Positions 20,001 through 30,552 of a DNA stretch of 40,303 nucleotides are shown here, one piece after another. Made by a program: the position numbers and the translations under genes. The stretch spans positions 1 to 40,303 of the forward strand of contig WFPV01000211.1 of assembly GCA_015487405.1 (NCBI GenBank). The letters are read 5' to 3'. How positions within the stretch are numbered: position 1 is the stretch's first letter; the number at the start of each line of letters is the position of its first letter. The notes beneath the pieces are model-generated. The model had not been told where the DNA came from and ran no database searches. It was given only the letters and a program-made list of their open reading frames with translations. The stretch is from Aquifex sp. (GTDB taxonomy: Bacteria; Aquificota; Aquificia; Aquificales; Aquificaceae).

Positions 20001-21890
20001 ATGGGATGTGAGACTTGTAACTTGATTCACGAGAGCAACAGGCAGGTTCACGACTTCCTGCTCCAGCTCGGATACAAGAACACTTACATTGAGAGAATGG
20101 CAAGACAAAAGAATTACTGCAGGTTCGGAGAGCAAGGAATATGTTGCACACTCTGTCCGGACGGACCCTGTAGGATAAGGAGAAGGGCACCTCTCGGAAG
20201 GTGCGGAATTGACGCTGACGGAATAGCCGCGAGAAACCTCTTAAGGCTCGTCATAAACGGGGGAGCCGCTTACACCCACGACTTTAAATACACACTGAAG
20301 ACCATAAAAGCAATGGCGGAAGGCAAAAGTCCCTTTAAGGTGAGGGACGAGGAAAAGCTGAAGTGGTTTATGGAAACCCTCGGACTTTCCTACGAAGAGG
20401 GTAAAACTCAGGAGAACTTAAAGAGGCTTTACCTTTTCCTGGAAACGGAGTTTTTAAAGGACTTTGACGAGCCTTTAACGCTCGTTGAGAAGCTTGCACC
20501 CAAGAGCAGAGTGGAACTCTGGAGAACTCTCGGGATACTTTCAGGAGGATTTTTAAAAGAATCTCACGAAGCAAGTGCCAAGATAATGCCGAACGTTGAC
20601 ACAGACTTTTTAGACCTCGCTCTTACCGCTCTCAGGCTCGGAATCTCAGCGGGATTTTTGGCTAATATAGTTTCCTCTATCTTTAGGGACATAGTCTTTG
20701 GCTCTCCCGAAATAAACGAAGGATACGCCGACCTCGGAGTATTAGATAAGGACTACGTTAACATAGTAGTTCACGGACACGTTCCCTGGACGGGAAGTGT
20801 CGTTGCGGAGCTCGCAAAGACGGAAGAGTTTCAAGAGCTTGCAAGGCAGGCGGGAGCAAAAGGAATAAAGGTTTACGGAAGCCTCTGCACCGGGCAGGAG
20901 CTCATCCAGAGACCCGAAACCGCCAAGTTCATTGACGGACAGGTAGGAAACTGGCTCTCCCAAGAGTTCTTAGCGGGAACGGGAGTGGTTGACGTCTTCG
21001 TCCTTGATAAAAACTGTGCAGCTCCCGGACTCAACAACCTCGTCCACAAGCTAAAGCTCCACACAAAACTCATATCTGTCTCCTCCGTAGTAAAACTGAG
21101 GGAGGTAGAAAGGGACCAAAAGCTCGTTTACGACCCTGTCAACGTCAGAGAGCAAGCTAAATACATAATCCTGAAGGCTATAGAAGCCTTCAAAGAGAGA
21201 AAGAGAACCCCATACCCGAGGTTCGTTCCGGAAAACAAGACAAAGTATATCGCCGGCTTTGGAGTTGAAAGCCTGCTCAAGAAGCTCGGAACTCCCGAAA
21301 ACCTGATGGAAGCGATGAAGAAGGGATACATAAAGGGAGTGGTAGGACTTGTCAGCTGTGTGACTATGAGAAACGGACACGGAACCTTCACTTACGAGTT
21401 CGTTAAGGAGCTCCTAAAGAGAGATATTCTCGTTCTCATAGCAGGATGTGCTTCTAGCATGACACAAATAGAAGGCTTTACCAACCTTGAAGCTATTGAT
21501 AAGTATGCGGGAGAAGGACTAAAAGAAGTATGTAAAACCCTTGAGATACCTCCGGTGCTGAATTTTGGTTCTTGTTTAGATACAGGAAGGATGGCTCTCC
21601 TCATAATAGCCCTCTCCAAATACTTCGGAGTTGACCCCTCCAAGCTCCCCGTAATAGCCGCCGCTCCCGAATACTACAACAACGACGCCTACATTGACGG
21701 ACTGCTTGCGGTTTCCTTAGGAGTGAACGTATTCGTAAATCCCCCTCCTCCCATAACGGGAGCCCCCTCACTTACAAGACTCATGACCAGAGACTTGGAA
21801 GACTACCTCGGAGCGAGGTTCATAATAAATCCCGACCCCGTAAAGGCTGCCGAAAAGATAGAAGAAGAGCTTATGGCTAAGCTCTCCTGA
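20001..21890 (+). CDS. cooS: Ni,Fe carbon monoxide dehydrogenase (CooS)-like protein, divergent active site
   Basis: CRFGEQGICCTLCPDGPC..CGI (D/B clusters), VHGH, LCTGQE, DKNC, VSC, AGC, GSCLD, AAPE. Confidence 0.88.
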   Translation: MGCETCNLIHESNRQVHDFLLQLGYKNTYIERMARQKNYCRFGEQGICCTLCPDGPCRIRRRAPLGRCGIDADGIAARNLLRLVINGGAAYTHDFKYTLKTIKAMAEGKSPFKVRDEEKLKWFMETLGLSYEEGKTQENLKRLYLFLETEFLKDFDEPLTLVEKLAPKSRVELWRTLGILSGGFLKESHEASAKIMPNVDTDFLDLALTALRLGISAGFLANIVSSIFRDIVFGSPEINEGYADLGVLDKDYVNIVVHGHVPWTGSVVAELAKTEEFQELARQAGAKGIKVYGSLCTGQELIQRPETAKFIDGQVGNWLSQEFLAGTGVVDVFVLDKNCAAPGLNNLVHKLKLHTKLISVSSVVKLREVERDQKLVYDPVNVREQAKYIILKAIEAFKERKRTPYPRFVPENKTKYIAGFGVESLLKKLGTPENLMEAMKKGYIKGVVGLVSCVTMRNGHGTFTYEFVKELLKRDILVLIAGCASSMTQIEGFTNLEAIDKYAGEGLKEVCKTLEIPPVLNFGSCLDTGRMALLIIALSKYFGVDPSKLPVIAAAPEYYNNDAYIDGLLAVSLGVNVFVNPPPPITGAPSLTRLMTRDLEDYLGARFIINPDPVKAAEKIEEELMAKLS

Positions 21891-22041
21891 GTTTTTTCTT
21901 TTATATTGATATAGATATATTATATAGACTCTTTACACCTCCGAACTAATGCGCAGATATTTCTAAGGAAAAAATGAGAACAACTATAAGTGTTCTAAAA
22001 CAATTTAAGAACCAGCTACAAAACACATAAAACTTTCCCTC

Positions 22042-22072
22042 TTGACACCATGATTTTGAGATCTTATCTTAA
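22042..22072 (+). promoter_or_regulatory. Sigma70 promoter of feoAB overlapped by a Fur-like box
   Basis: TTGACA(22042)-17 nt-TATCTT(22065); TTGAGATCTTATCTTAA at 22056-22072. Confidence 0.65.
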
Positions 22073-22102
22073 TTTCGTGATTAATTGCGGAGGTAAGAAG
22101 GA

Positions 22103-22315
22103 ATGGAACTCAGGGCAGGAGAAAACTTTGAACTCCTCGAATTCCAGGATGGAAATGTGCCTTTCCTTTCTAAGATAAAGTCCATGGGACTCAGGGAAGG
22201 AAAGAGGTTCAAGGTCGTGATGGAAAACGGAAGAGTATATCTGATAAAGTTAGACAACACAAGAATAGTTTTAGACAAATCTCTTGCACGGCACCTTAAG
22301 GTTAAGAGAATTTGA
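22103..22315 (+). CDS. feoA: Ferrous iron transport protein A
   Basis: KIKSMGLREG, IKLDNTRIVL..SLA; directly upstream of feoB. Confidence 0.88.
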   Translation: MELRAGENFELLEFQDGNVPFLSKIKSMGLREGKRFKVVMENGRVYLIKLDNTRIVLDKSLARHLKVKRI

Positions 22316-22328
22316 GAAAGGCTTTTAA

Positions 22329-22345
22329 TTGAAACTGAATCTCAA
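22329..22345. promoter_or_regulatory. Fur-like box between feoA and feoB
   Basis: TTGAAACTGAATCTCAA (TTGA-N9-TCAA). Confidence 0.55.
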
Positions 22346-22370
22346 ATTTGATTAACTCTCGGAGGATTTT

Positions 22371-24302
22371 ATGAAAAGGATAACAGTAGCTGTAGTCGGA
22401 AATCCCAACGTAGGAAAAACAACACTCCTCAACGCCATAGCTGGAACTTCCCTAAAGGTAGGAAACTGGCCCGGTGTCACCGTAGAAAAGAAGGAAGCCT
22501 TCGTAAAGTTCGGGGATTACGAGATTCACTTCGTCGACCTTCCCGGTATTTATACCCTTGAACCTATATCTGAAGATGAAAAGATAGCTATAAACTTTTT
22601 AAAGAACGAGAAGGTTGATGTAATTCTAAACATACTTGATGCTACAAACCTTGAAAGAAGCCTACTCCTCACTGCGGAGCTCATTCCCTTTAAAAAACCT
22701 ACCATTCTCGTTATAAATCTCGTTGACGAAGCCCAGAAGCTCGGAATAGAGATTGACGAGAATAAGCTTTCTGAACTTTTAGGAGTAAAGGTTATAAAAA
22801 CCGTAGCGAGCAAAGGAATAGGTGTAAAAGAGGTATTACCTACAATAATAGAAGCTTACGAAAAGAAATTGATACCTTCGGTGGGGAAAGAAGTTTCTGA
22901 AAAGCTCTCTGAGGACGAAAAATTCGCCATAGCCCACGGAATCTACGAAGAGGTCGTTAAGAAGAAAAAGTTCGTAGAAAGAGACCTAACAGACCTAATA
23001 GACAACTTTGTCCTGCATCCCGTTCTTGGCATACTTATATTCGTAGCGGTTATATTCCTGCTTTTCAAGATAGCCTTTGATTTTTCCTCACCATTCGTAG
23101 ACTGGATAGATGGATTTTTTAACGATTTCTTAATACCTGCGGTGGCAAGTATTGTAAACTCTCTCCACGCTCCCGAGATTATCTCCCGCTTCTTTGCGGA
23201 GGCAGTCGTCGGGGGAGTAGGTTTCGTCTTAACCTTCGTTCCCCTTATTTTCGTCCTGTACCTTCTGATTACCTTTTTGGAGATGTCGGGATACATTCCA
23301 CGAGTCGCCTTTCTCTTTGATAAATACCTCCATAGGCTCGGACTTCACGGAAAAAGCGTTATTCCCCTTATTCTCGCCTTGGGGTGCAACGTCCCCGCAA
23401 TCGTTGCAACGAGAACCTTAGAAAGCTGGAGGGAAAAACTCCTTGTAATAGCAATGATTCCCCTCATAAGTTGTCCCGCAAGACTTGTGGTGTTTTCCTT
23501 CTTTGCCCTTATGTTTTTCCCCGAATATCCTGCACTCGTAATAACGGCTCTATACCTGCTCGGAATCCTCGTTGCCTTCTTTACGGCAATAATACTTAAA
23601 AGAACCGCCTTAAAGGGCGGTATCTCACACTTCGTAATAGAACTTCCCCCTTACAGATTTCCCAGCCTAAAAACAGTTCTAAATATCTCCTGGATTCACG
23701 TAAAGGATTTTATATACAGAGCCGGAACGCTCATATTTGCCGCTTCAATTTTTATCTGGGTCCTTCTTAACCTCCCTCCCGGTGTGAGCTCCCCTAAAGA
23801 TAGCTTTGCCGGAAAAATAGGGCAGACGCTTATCCCTGTTTTCAAACCTATGGGCATAGACGACTGGCAGGCTACTACCTCCCTAATACCCGCTTTCCTT
23901 GCGAGGGAGATAGTCCTAAGCTCAATGGGAGTAATCTACTCGGCGGAAGAACACCTTCAGGAAAAGAATGAGGAAAGCTTTGAGTTTGCAAAAGCCCTCG
24001 AAGAGCAGTTAGAGTTGTTAGCTACCGCGGTTAAAGACGCCTTCACCTCTCTATTTAGCCTAAGTCTTCAGACCTTTGAGGTGGAGGAAGAAGAGGGAAG
24101 CCTGAGATACTTGATAAAGCAGAGCTTTGATAAGGCTTCCGCCTTAGCCTTCATGATTTTCATTCTTATATACACTTCGTGCCTCGGAACTTACGCAACG
24201 ATGGGTAGGGAGATAGGCTACAAGCTCGCTACCCTATTCCTCGGCTACAGCTTTCTCCTTGCTTGGCTAGTGGGAACCATCACATACCACATCTTTAAGT
24301 AA
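22371..24302 (+). CDS. feoB: Ferrous iron transport protein B
   Basis: GNPNVGKT, GNWPGVTVE, DLPG, LEMSGY, GCNVP, SCPARL, ELPPYR. Confidence 0.97.
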   Translation: MKRITVAVVGNPNVGKTTLLNAIAGTSLKVGNWPGVTVEKKEAFVKFGDYEIHFVDLPGIYTLEPISEDEKIAINFLKNEKVDVILNILDATNLERSLLLTAELIPFKKPTILVINLVDEAQKLGIEIDENKLSELLGVKVIKTVASKGIGVKEVLPTIIEAYEKKLIPSVGKEVSEKLSEDEKFAIAHGIYEEVVKKKKFVERDLTDLIDNFVLHPVLGILIFVAVIFLLFKIAFDFSSPFVDWIDGFFNDFLIPAVASIVNSLHAPEIISRFFAEAVVGGVGFVLTFVPLIFVLYLLITFLEMSGYIPRVAFLFDKYLHRLGLHGKSVIPLILALGCNVPAIVATRTLESWREKLLVIAMIPLISCPARLVVFSFFALMFFPEYPALVITALYLLGILVAFFTAIILKRTALKGGISHFVIELPPYRFPSLKTVLNISWIHVKDFIYRAGTLIFAASIFIWVLLNLPPGVSSPKDSFAGKIGQTLIPVFKPMGIDDWQATTSLIPAFLAREIVLSSMGVIYSAEEHLQEKNEESFEFAKALEEQLELLATAVKDAFTSLFSLSLQTFEVEEEEGSLRYLIKQSFDKASALAFMIFILIYTSCLGTYATMGREIGYKLATLFLGYSFLLAWLVGTITYHIFK

Positions 24303-24620
24303 TTAATCCTTTTTCTCCTTCTCTTCCTTCTTCTTCTCGTAGTCAGGCTGGTAGGAAACTATAGCTTCCTTGGTAAAGGTAATCTTGGTGTTAGCATCTA
24401 CCTTGAGGGTTATAGTTTTCTCGCCAATATCCGCTACAGTGCCCCAGATGCCCGAAGAGGTGATAACCCTGTCGCCTTTCTTTAGATTTTCAAGGAACTT
24501 CCTGTGCCTTTCCCTCTCCTTCTTCTGGGGTCTGATTATAAGAAAGTAAAACATTAGGAATATTGCGAATAAAAATACGAGCTGGAATATTAGCGCTCCT
24601 ACCGTACTGTGCTGTTCCAT
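24303..24620 (-). CDS. yajC: Preprotein translocase subunit YajC
   Basis: FYFLIIRPQKK, LKKGDRVITSSGIWG. Confidence 0.95.
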   Translation of the reverse strand: MEQHSTVGALIFQLVFLFAIFLMFYFLIIRPQKKERERHRKFLENLKKGDRVITSSGIWGTVADIGEKTITLKVDANTKITFTKEAIVSYQPDYEKKKEEKEKKD

Positions 24621-24680
24621 CTTTTTGCCTCCTCCTTACAGCGGAAAGTTATTATAGCGTGTTTTATAATTAAAGACATT

Positions 24681-25124
24681 ATGAAAAGGCTTTTAATTTT
24701 TTTCATAACAATTCCTCTGTTAGTATTTGCTAACCCAAAGATAGTGATTAAGCATCCTTGGGTTCAAGAACCTCCTCCAGGACCCAGCACTACCATGGCA
24801 GGAATGGTAATTAAGAACGAGGGTGATGAAGAAGATATCCTCATCGGAGCAAAAAGCGACGTAGCCAAAAAAGTAGAACTCCACAAGACCGTCTTCGAGA
24901 ACGGTATTGCTAAGATGGTTCACCAGAAAGAGATAATCATTCCTCCAAAAGGAAAGGTGGAGTTCAAACACCACGGATACCACATAATGCTCATAGGTTT
25001 AAAGAAGAAATTAAAGGAAGGCGATAAGGTGAAGATTACTCTTATCTTCAAAAAGAGCGGTGAGATTACCGTCGAAGCTCCCGTTGTTAAAAAACCTATG
25101 ATGCACCACCACCACAAGATGTAG
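24681..25124 (+). CDS. Periplasmic copper chaperone PCu(A)C
   Basis: Signal peptide from ATG 24681; H-x10-M-x21-HxM motif (ELH...KM...YHIM); C-terminal MMHHHHKM. Confidence 0.92.
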   Translation: MKRLLIFFITIPLLVFANPKIVIKHPWVQEPPPGPSTTMAGMVIKNEGDEEDILIGAKSDVAKKVELHKTVFENGIAKMVHQKEIIIPPKGKVEFKHHGYHIMLIGLKKKLKEGDKVKITLIFKKSGEITVEAPVVKKPMMHHHHKM

Positions 25125-25125
25125 G

Positions 25126-25563
25126 ATGCAGAAATTTCTCCTTCTTTTTCTTTTCTTTATCCTCAGTTGCGGCAAAACCATCATCTACGACCTCACTTTT
25201 ATAGACCTTAAAGGTAGAGAAGTAAAGATAGAACCTGAGGATAAACCCCTGCTGCTCTATGTCTGGACCGGTACCTGTATCGGACACCAGGAGGATATGA
25301 AACTTATAAATGAGCACTTTTTAGAGCTTTCCAAGAGGTATAAAGTAGCTTCCTTAGCCGTTTTTATGAAGCCTGAGGATGTTAAGAAGTTTCTGGAAGA
25401 GAATAAAATAGACCCAAAGTTCATACTTCTTGCGGACCCGGAAGGTAGGATAACGAGCATCGTGAAACTGGTTTTCCTGCCCGCCACCCTCGTTTTCGAC
25501 GAATCGGGAGAACTGAGAAAGAACTATCCCAGACTTCCCTTAAAGAAACTCCTCAAGGATTAA
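25126..25563 (+). CDS. TlpA/redoxin-like lipoprotein (CxxH instead of CxxC)
   Basis: Lipobox ILSC; DLKG, WTGTCIGH, ADPEG, LPAT.VFD..G thioredoxin-fold motifs. Confidence 0.75.
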   Translation: MQKFLLLFLFFILSCGKTIIYDLTFIDLKGREVKIEPEDKPLLLYVWTGTCIGHQEDMKLINEHFLELSKRYKVASLAVFMKPEDVKKFLEENKIDPKFILLADPEGRITSIVKLVFLPATLVFDESGELRKNYPRLPLKKLLKD

Positions 25564-26029
25564 CATAGCAAAGTAAGTGACTCTCAGCTAATTTAAGTTT
25601 TTTAACGTATTCTAATAACTCCTTCCTTGTAGGACTCTCCTTGAATAGGGGAATCTCCGAAAGAGCAAAAAGGGTGAACCTGTAAAGCCTTCTTCCCGTA
25701 GGACAGGGAGGCGTGTAACCCTTTATTCCAAAGTCGTTTATGCCGAAACGTAATAAATCATCTTCTCGAGCTCCTTCCGGAATGTTGCTCAGTCGCCTAT
25801 CCACGTAATAGATAACCCAGTGGTATCTGTTCCCATCGTCGAAAGTTATTGCAAAGGCCCTAACGGACTCGCTAAAATTCTCCAAGTTCAGTGGGGGAGA
25901 GACTCCTTCACCGAAGCAGGTGTACTTAACAGGGAGAATCCCTTGATTTTTAAAGGCAGGACTTGACAGTTTTACATACCCTACACTACGTAATCCCAGA
26001 GAGAACCCCTGTATGAAATTACCGAGCAC
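25553..26029 (-). CDS. YbhB/YbcL (PEBP/Raf kinase inhibitor-like) protein
   Basis: SSPAF..G.LP.KYTC.GEGVSPPL, HWV, GINDFG..GYTPPCP, YRFTLFAL. Confidence 0.9.
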   Translation of the reverse strand: MLGNFIQGFSLGLRSVGYVKLSSPAFKNQGILPVKYTCFGEGVSPPLNLENFSESVRAFAITFDDGNRYHWVIYYVDRRLSNIPEGAREDDLLRFGINDFGIKGYTPPCPTGRRLYRFTLFALSEIPLFKESPTRKELLEYVKKLKLAESHLLCYVNP

Positions 26030-26738
26030 CCTGAATTAAAAGATAATACAGAGGAGCGGCAAACACAACGTCGTCAAACCTGTCCGTAAAACCGCCGTGT
26101 CTACCGAGAATGTTCGAAAAGTCCTTAATTCCAAGCTGTCTTTTTATAAAGGACTTAAAGTAATCCCCCACTACACCGAGAAGAACGGTCAGGAGTGCAA
26201 CAAATAGGGAGTAAAAGGCATTAAATGGTAAAGCTAAGCTCATAAAAGCTACCGCAGGTATATAACCACCAAGAAAACCTTCCAAAGTCTTCTTTGGAGA
26301 GAGCTTTGGAAAGAGTGGAATCTTCCCAAAATTTTTACCGATGTAATAAGCAAAAACATCGTTAATCCAGAAAGAGATGATATAAACGAGTAAAAGGTTT
26401 GTTTCTAACTCTTTTACCAGGAACAGGTAGGTCAAGAATAAGGGAGGATAAAAGGAGAGAAAGAAAGCCTTAAAGAAAGCTTCGAGGTTCCAGTTTTTGT
26501 ATCCGTAGTAGAGCGCTATAAGGGAAGATAAAGTTAAAGCTACCGCTGGGGATAAAATTCCCGCAAGAAGAACTGCAGGAGAAAAGTAGTGCAAGCTTTT
26601 GAGGTTAAGAACGGTTGTAAGCTCACGGGCAATTAGAAAGGAAAGAATCATCAAAACTACTAGAAATAGCTTTGGTGGAAGGGAAATAGCTATTAGAACG
26701 CTTATCCCTATTATTACTCCGTGCGCTTCCCTACTCAT
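26019..26738 (-). CDS. cdsA: Phosphatidate cytidylyltransferase
   Basis: DVFAYYIGK.FG, SPKKTLEG, KDFSNILGRHGG.TDRFD; follows uppS. Confidence 0.94.
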   Translation of the reverse strand: MSREAHGVIIGISVLIAISLPPKLFLVVLMILSFLIARELTTVLNLKSLHYFSPAVLLAGILSPAVALTLSSLIALYYGYKNWNLEAFFKAFFLSFYPPLFLTYLFLVKELETNLLLVYIISFWINDVFAYYIGKNFGKIPLFPKLSPKKTLEGFLGGYIPAVAFMSLALPFNAFYSLFVALLTVLLGVVGDYFKSFIKRQLGIKDFSNILGRHGGFTDRFDDVVFAAPLYYLLIQGAR

Positions 26739-27432
26739 CTATAACTCTTCCGAACTTTCGTTTTCTCTTTGAAAAGTCCTTTATAGCTTTTAGGAACTCT
26801 TCACGGGTGAAGTCCGGCCAAAGGGTATCTGTGAAGTAAAACTCCGTGTAGGCAATGTTCCATAGGAGGAAGTTGGAAATTCTTTTCTCCCCTGCCGTCC
26901 TTATAAGAAGGTCTGGGTCCGGAGAGCAAGAAAGGTCTAAATACTGGGAAAAGGTCTCCTCGTTAATAACCTTAGGATTATCTTTCAGAAGTTTTCGTAC
27001 GGCCCTCAGAATTTCATCCCTTCCGCCGTAGTCTATCGCAAGATTCAAGGTTAACCTGTTAAAGTGTTTAGATTCTTCCTCTATTTGCTTCATAAGCTCT
27101 ACGAGAGTTTTAGGAATTCTGTCTCTTCTTCCGATAAACCGAACTCTTATTTTTAGGTCGTAAAGTTTCTGTTTCTTATTTCTCAGATAATCCTCTAAAA
27201 GTTTAAAGAGAGCTTCTACTTCCTCTTTAGGTCTATTCCAGTTTTCCGTGGAGAAGGCGTATAGAGTTAGGTGTCTTATACCGAGTTCTGTAGCGTATTC
27301 CACGATATCTTCCGCCACTTGCGCCCCTTGATAGTGTCCCATAACGCGCGGGAGTCCCCGCCTGCGTGCCCATCTTCCGTTCCCGTCCATTATTATGGCA
27401 ACGTGGGAGGGTATCTTAAGTTCATCGGTCAT
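26731..27432 (-). CDS. uppS: Undecaprenyl diphosphate synthase
   Basis: HVAIIMDGNGRWA, YAFSTENWNR, DLLIRTAGEKRISNFLLW. Confidence 0.97.
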   Translation of the reverse strand: MTDELKIPSHVAIIMDGNGRWARRRGLPRVMGHYQGAQVAEDIVEYATELGIRHLTLYAFSTENWNRPKEEVEALFKLLEDYLRNKKQKLYDLKIRVRFIGRRDRIPKTLVELMKQIEEESKHFNRLTLNLAIDYGGRDEILRAVRKLLKDNPKVINEETFSQYLDLSCSPDPDLLIRTAGEKRISNFLLWNIAYTEFYFTDTLWPDFTREEFLKAIKDFSKRKRKFGRVIDE

Positions 27433-28100
27433 GGCTCTTTATATAATAAGGCTTTTGCACGTTGGGTCGCTTCCGATTGGGGAAATTTCTCCTCCATGAG
27501 GGAAAGGTACTTATTCGCCGTTGCTACGTCTCCCTCATCAATTGCCATCTTTACGAGCATAAAGTAGGTGTCGGGAAGCTTATTACAGTCGGGAAGTTCA
27601 CCTTCTTCACACTTCTTTATAAGAGCATTAAAAATTTGCTTCGCTTTTTCCGTTTTCCCAAGTTCATAGTAAATCTTGCCAAGCCAGAAGTAGGCGTTAT
27701 CGGTGTACTTGTTAGGTTCGAACTTTTTCAGAAACTCAAGGAAGGCATCCCTTGCTTCTATAAGTTTACCTTCGTTGAAGAGAGAGAGAGCTTCTTCGTA
27801 TGCTATTTTTTCATCCTCAACAGGTTCCTGAACGACGACAGGTTTTTCTTCACCGATTTTGGGTTTCTCTTCGTACCTTCTCGATACATTGGCAAGTTTT
27901 AGCCTTCCTACCTCTTCCGTGAGAAGGTCTATACGCTTGTTTATTTCCTCCAGCTTAAGATTGATTTCCTCCTGCTTTTCTTCAAGTTTTGCAACCCTTA
28001 TCTCCAACTCGTTTAGGCGTTGTTCCGTTTTGGAAGTCTCAGCTACCGGAGCACAGGCTACGAGTAGAAAAGGTAAAAGTAAAAGGCTTTTTCTTTTCAT
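27429..28100 (-). CDS. cpoB: Tol-Pal associated TPR lipoprotein YbgF/CpoB-like
   Basis: Lipobox LVAC, N-terminal coiled coil, TPRs (NAYFWLG). Confidence 0.8.
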   Translation of the reverse strand: MKRKSLLLLPFLLVACAPVAETSKTEQRLNELEIRVAKLEEKQEEINLKLEEINKRIDLLTEEVGRLKLANVSRRYEEKPKIGEEKPVVVQEPVEDEKIAYEEALSLFNEGKLIEARDAFLEFLKKFEPNKYTDNAYFWLGKIYYELGKTEKAKQIFNALIKKCEEGELPDCNKLPDTYFMLVKMAIDEGDVATANKYLSLMEEKFPQSEATQRAKALLYKEP

Positions 28101-28126
28101 TATCTTCCCCCTTCGTATTATATTAA

Positions 28127-29231
<1,105 letters not shown>

Positions 29232-29248
29232 ACTATATGATTTAATAT

Positions 29249-29788
29249 GTGATTCTCTGCGATAGAACCATTACGAGGCTTATAGAGGAGGGCAAGCTCG
29301 TAGTTGAGCCCTTTGAGCCGAAAAACGTTCAATGTTCTTCTTTAGATTTGAGGTTGGGAGGAGAAATAGCGGTTTACGAAGCGAACGATGAGGTAATAGA
29401 CGTAAAGCTTGAAATTAAAGGTATAAAGAGGGAAAAGGTAGAGGATTTCTTTATCATAAAACCGAAGGAGTTCGTTCTCGCTACGACCTTGGAGTATTTA
29501 AAGCTTCCGGAAGACGTAACCGCTTTCGTTGAGGGGCGTTCTTCCTTGGGTAGGCTTGGGCTCTTTATAGAAAACGCTGGCTGGGTGGATGCGGGTTTTG
29601 AGGGGCAAATAACCTTAGAGCTTTACAACGCCAACTCAAGACCTATAAAGCTCTACAAGGGTATGAGGATATGTCAACTCGTGTTTGCAAAATTGGATGA
29701 AAAGCCGAAAAAGGTTTACGGAGGGAAGTATAAGGGTCAGAGGGGCGTCACACCTTCCCGTATATTCATGGACGAGGAGCTCAAGTGA
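29249..29788 (+). CDS. dcd: dCTP deaminase
   Basis: SLDLRLG, EGRSSLGRLGL, AGWVDAGFEGQITLE, YKGQRG. Confidence 0.95.
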   Translation: MILCDRTITRLIEEGKLVVEPFEPKNVQCSSLDLRLGGEIAVYEANDEVIDVKLEIKGIKREKVEDFFIIKPKEFVLATTLEYLKLPEDVTAFVEGRSSLGRLGLFIENAGWVDAGFEGQITLELYNANSRPIKLYKGMRICQLVFAKLDEKPKKVYGGKYKGQRGVTPSRIFMDEELK

Positions 29789-30552
29789 ACAGAGCTCTCC
29801 AGTTTGGTGAGGGACTCTTTGAGACTATCCACTGGAGGGGGAGGAACTACAAGTTAAAAAAACACTACGAAAGGTTAAGGAGCTCCGCCGAGTTCTTCGG
29901 CTATCCCTGTCCCGAATACGGGGAGTTCGTTCGGGAAATAGAAAAAGCCACCGCAGGTAATAAGAATCTTTACGTAAAGTATCTTTTGCTTTTAAAGGGA
30001 AGTGAATACTACGGGGATTATCCCGAAGGCTACGAGACTAAAGTCCTGGTGAAAAAACTTCCGCAGACTCCCGAAAGGGTAAAGTTATGCCTTTCGTCTT
30101 ACCGCAGGCACTCACGGAATCCCGTCTTTTACCACAAGACAACAAATTTTCTCTTTAGCGTGCTCGTCAAAAGGGAAGCAAAAATAAGGGGATTTTTTGA
30201 CGGGATTGTGCTGAACGAGAGGAATTTCTTGACTGAGACCTCTTCCGCCAACCTTTTGATTTACAAAAGAGGAAAATTTTTCACTCCCGCGAGGGAGAGC
30301 GGACTCCTGCAGGGGACGACGCTTGAGCTCCTGAGTGAGGAGATTTCCATTAAGGAGGAGTTTATTTCTTTGGATTTTCTTAAGGACGCCGAAGGCGTAT
30401 TTATTTTGAATTCCTTAATAAAGCTTCTTCCCGTTTTAGAGATAGAGGGGGAAAGGTTTAGAGAAAACAAGGAGCTCGTAAAGGAATTGAGAGAGGTTAT
30501 TGAGAGGAGGGAGCTACTTTCCGAATCCAGCGGTAATCTCGGTAAGGGGTAG
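29785..30552 (+). CDS. Class IV PLP enzyme (4-amino-4-deoxychorismate lyase-like)
   Basis: GEGLFET, HYERL, HKTTN, ETSSAN, LLQGTT, NSL. Confidence 0.88.
   Translation: MNRALQFGEGLFETIHWRGRNYKLKKHYERLRSSAEFFGYPCPEYGEFVREIEKATAGNKNLYVKYLLLLKGSEYYGDYPEGYETKVLVKKLPQTPERVKLCLSSYRRHSRNPVFYHKTTNFLFSVLVKREAKIRGFFDGIVLNERNFLTETSSANLLIYKRGKFFTPARESGLLQGTTLELLSEEISIKEEFISLDFLKDAEGVFILNSLIKLLPVLEIEGERFRENKELVKELREVIERRELLSESSGNLGKG

Noticed and set aside
21977-21996. AGAACA-N8-TGTTCT palindrome between cooS and feoA
   Set aside because: A single 6-bp inverted repeat in AT-rich DNA with no second instance seen; may be chance.
29249-29788. dCTP deaminase as an antiphage nucleotide-depletion system
   Set aside because: It is the housekeeping trimeric dUTPase-fold Dcd, not the kinase-fused Zn-dependent defence type.
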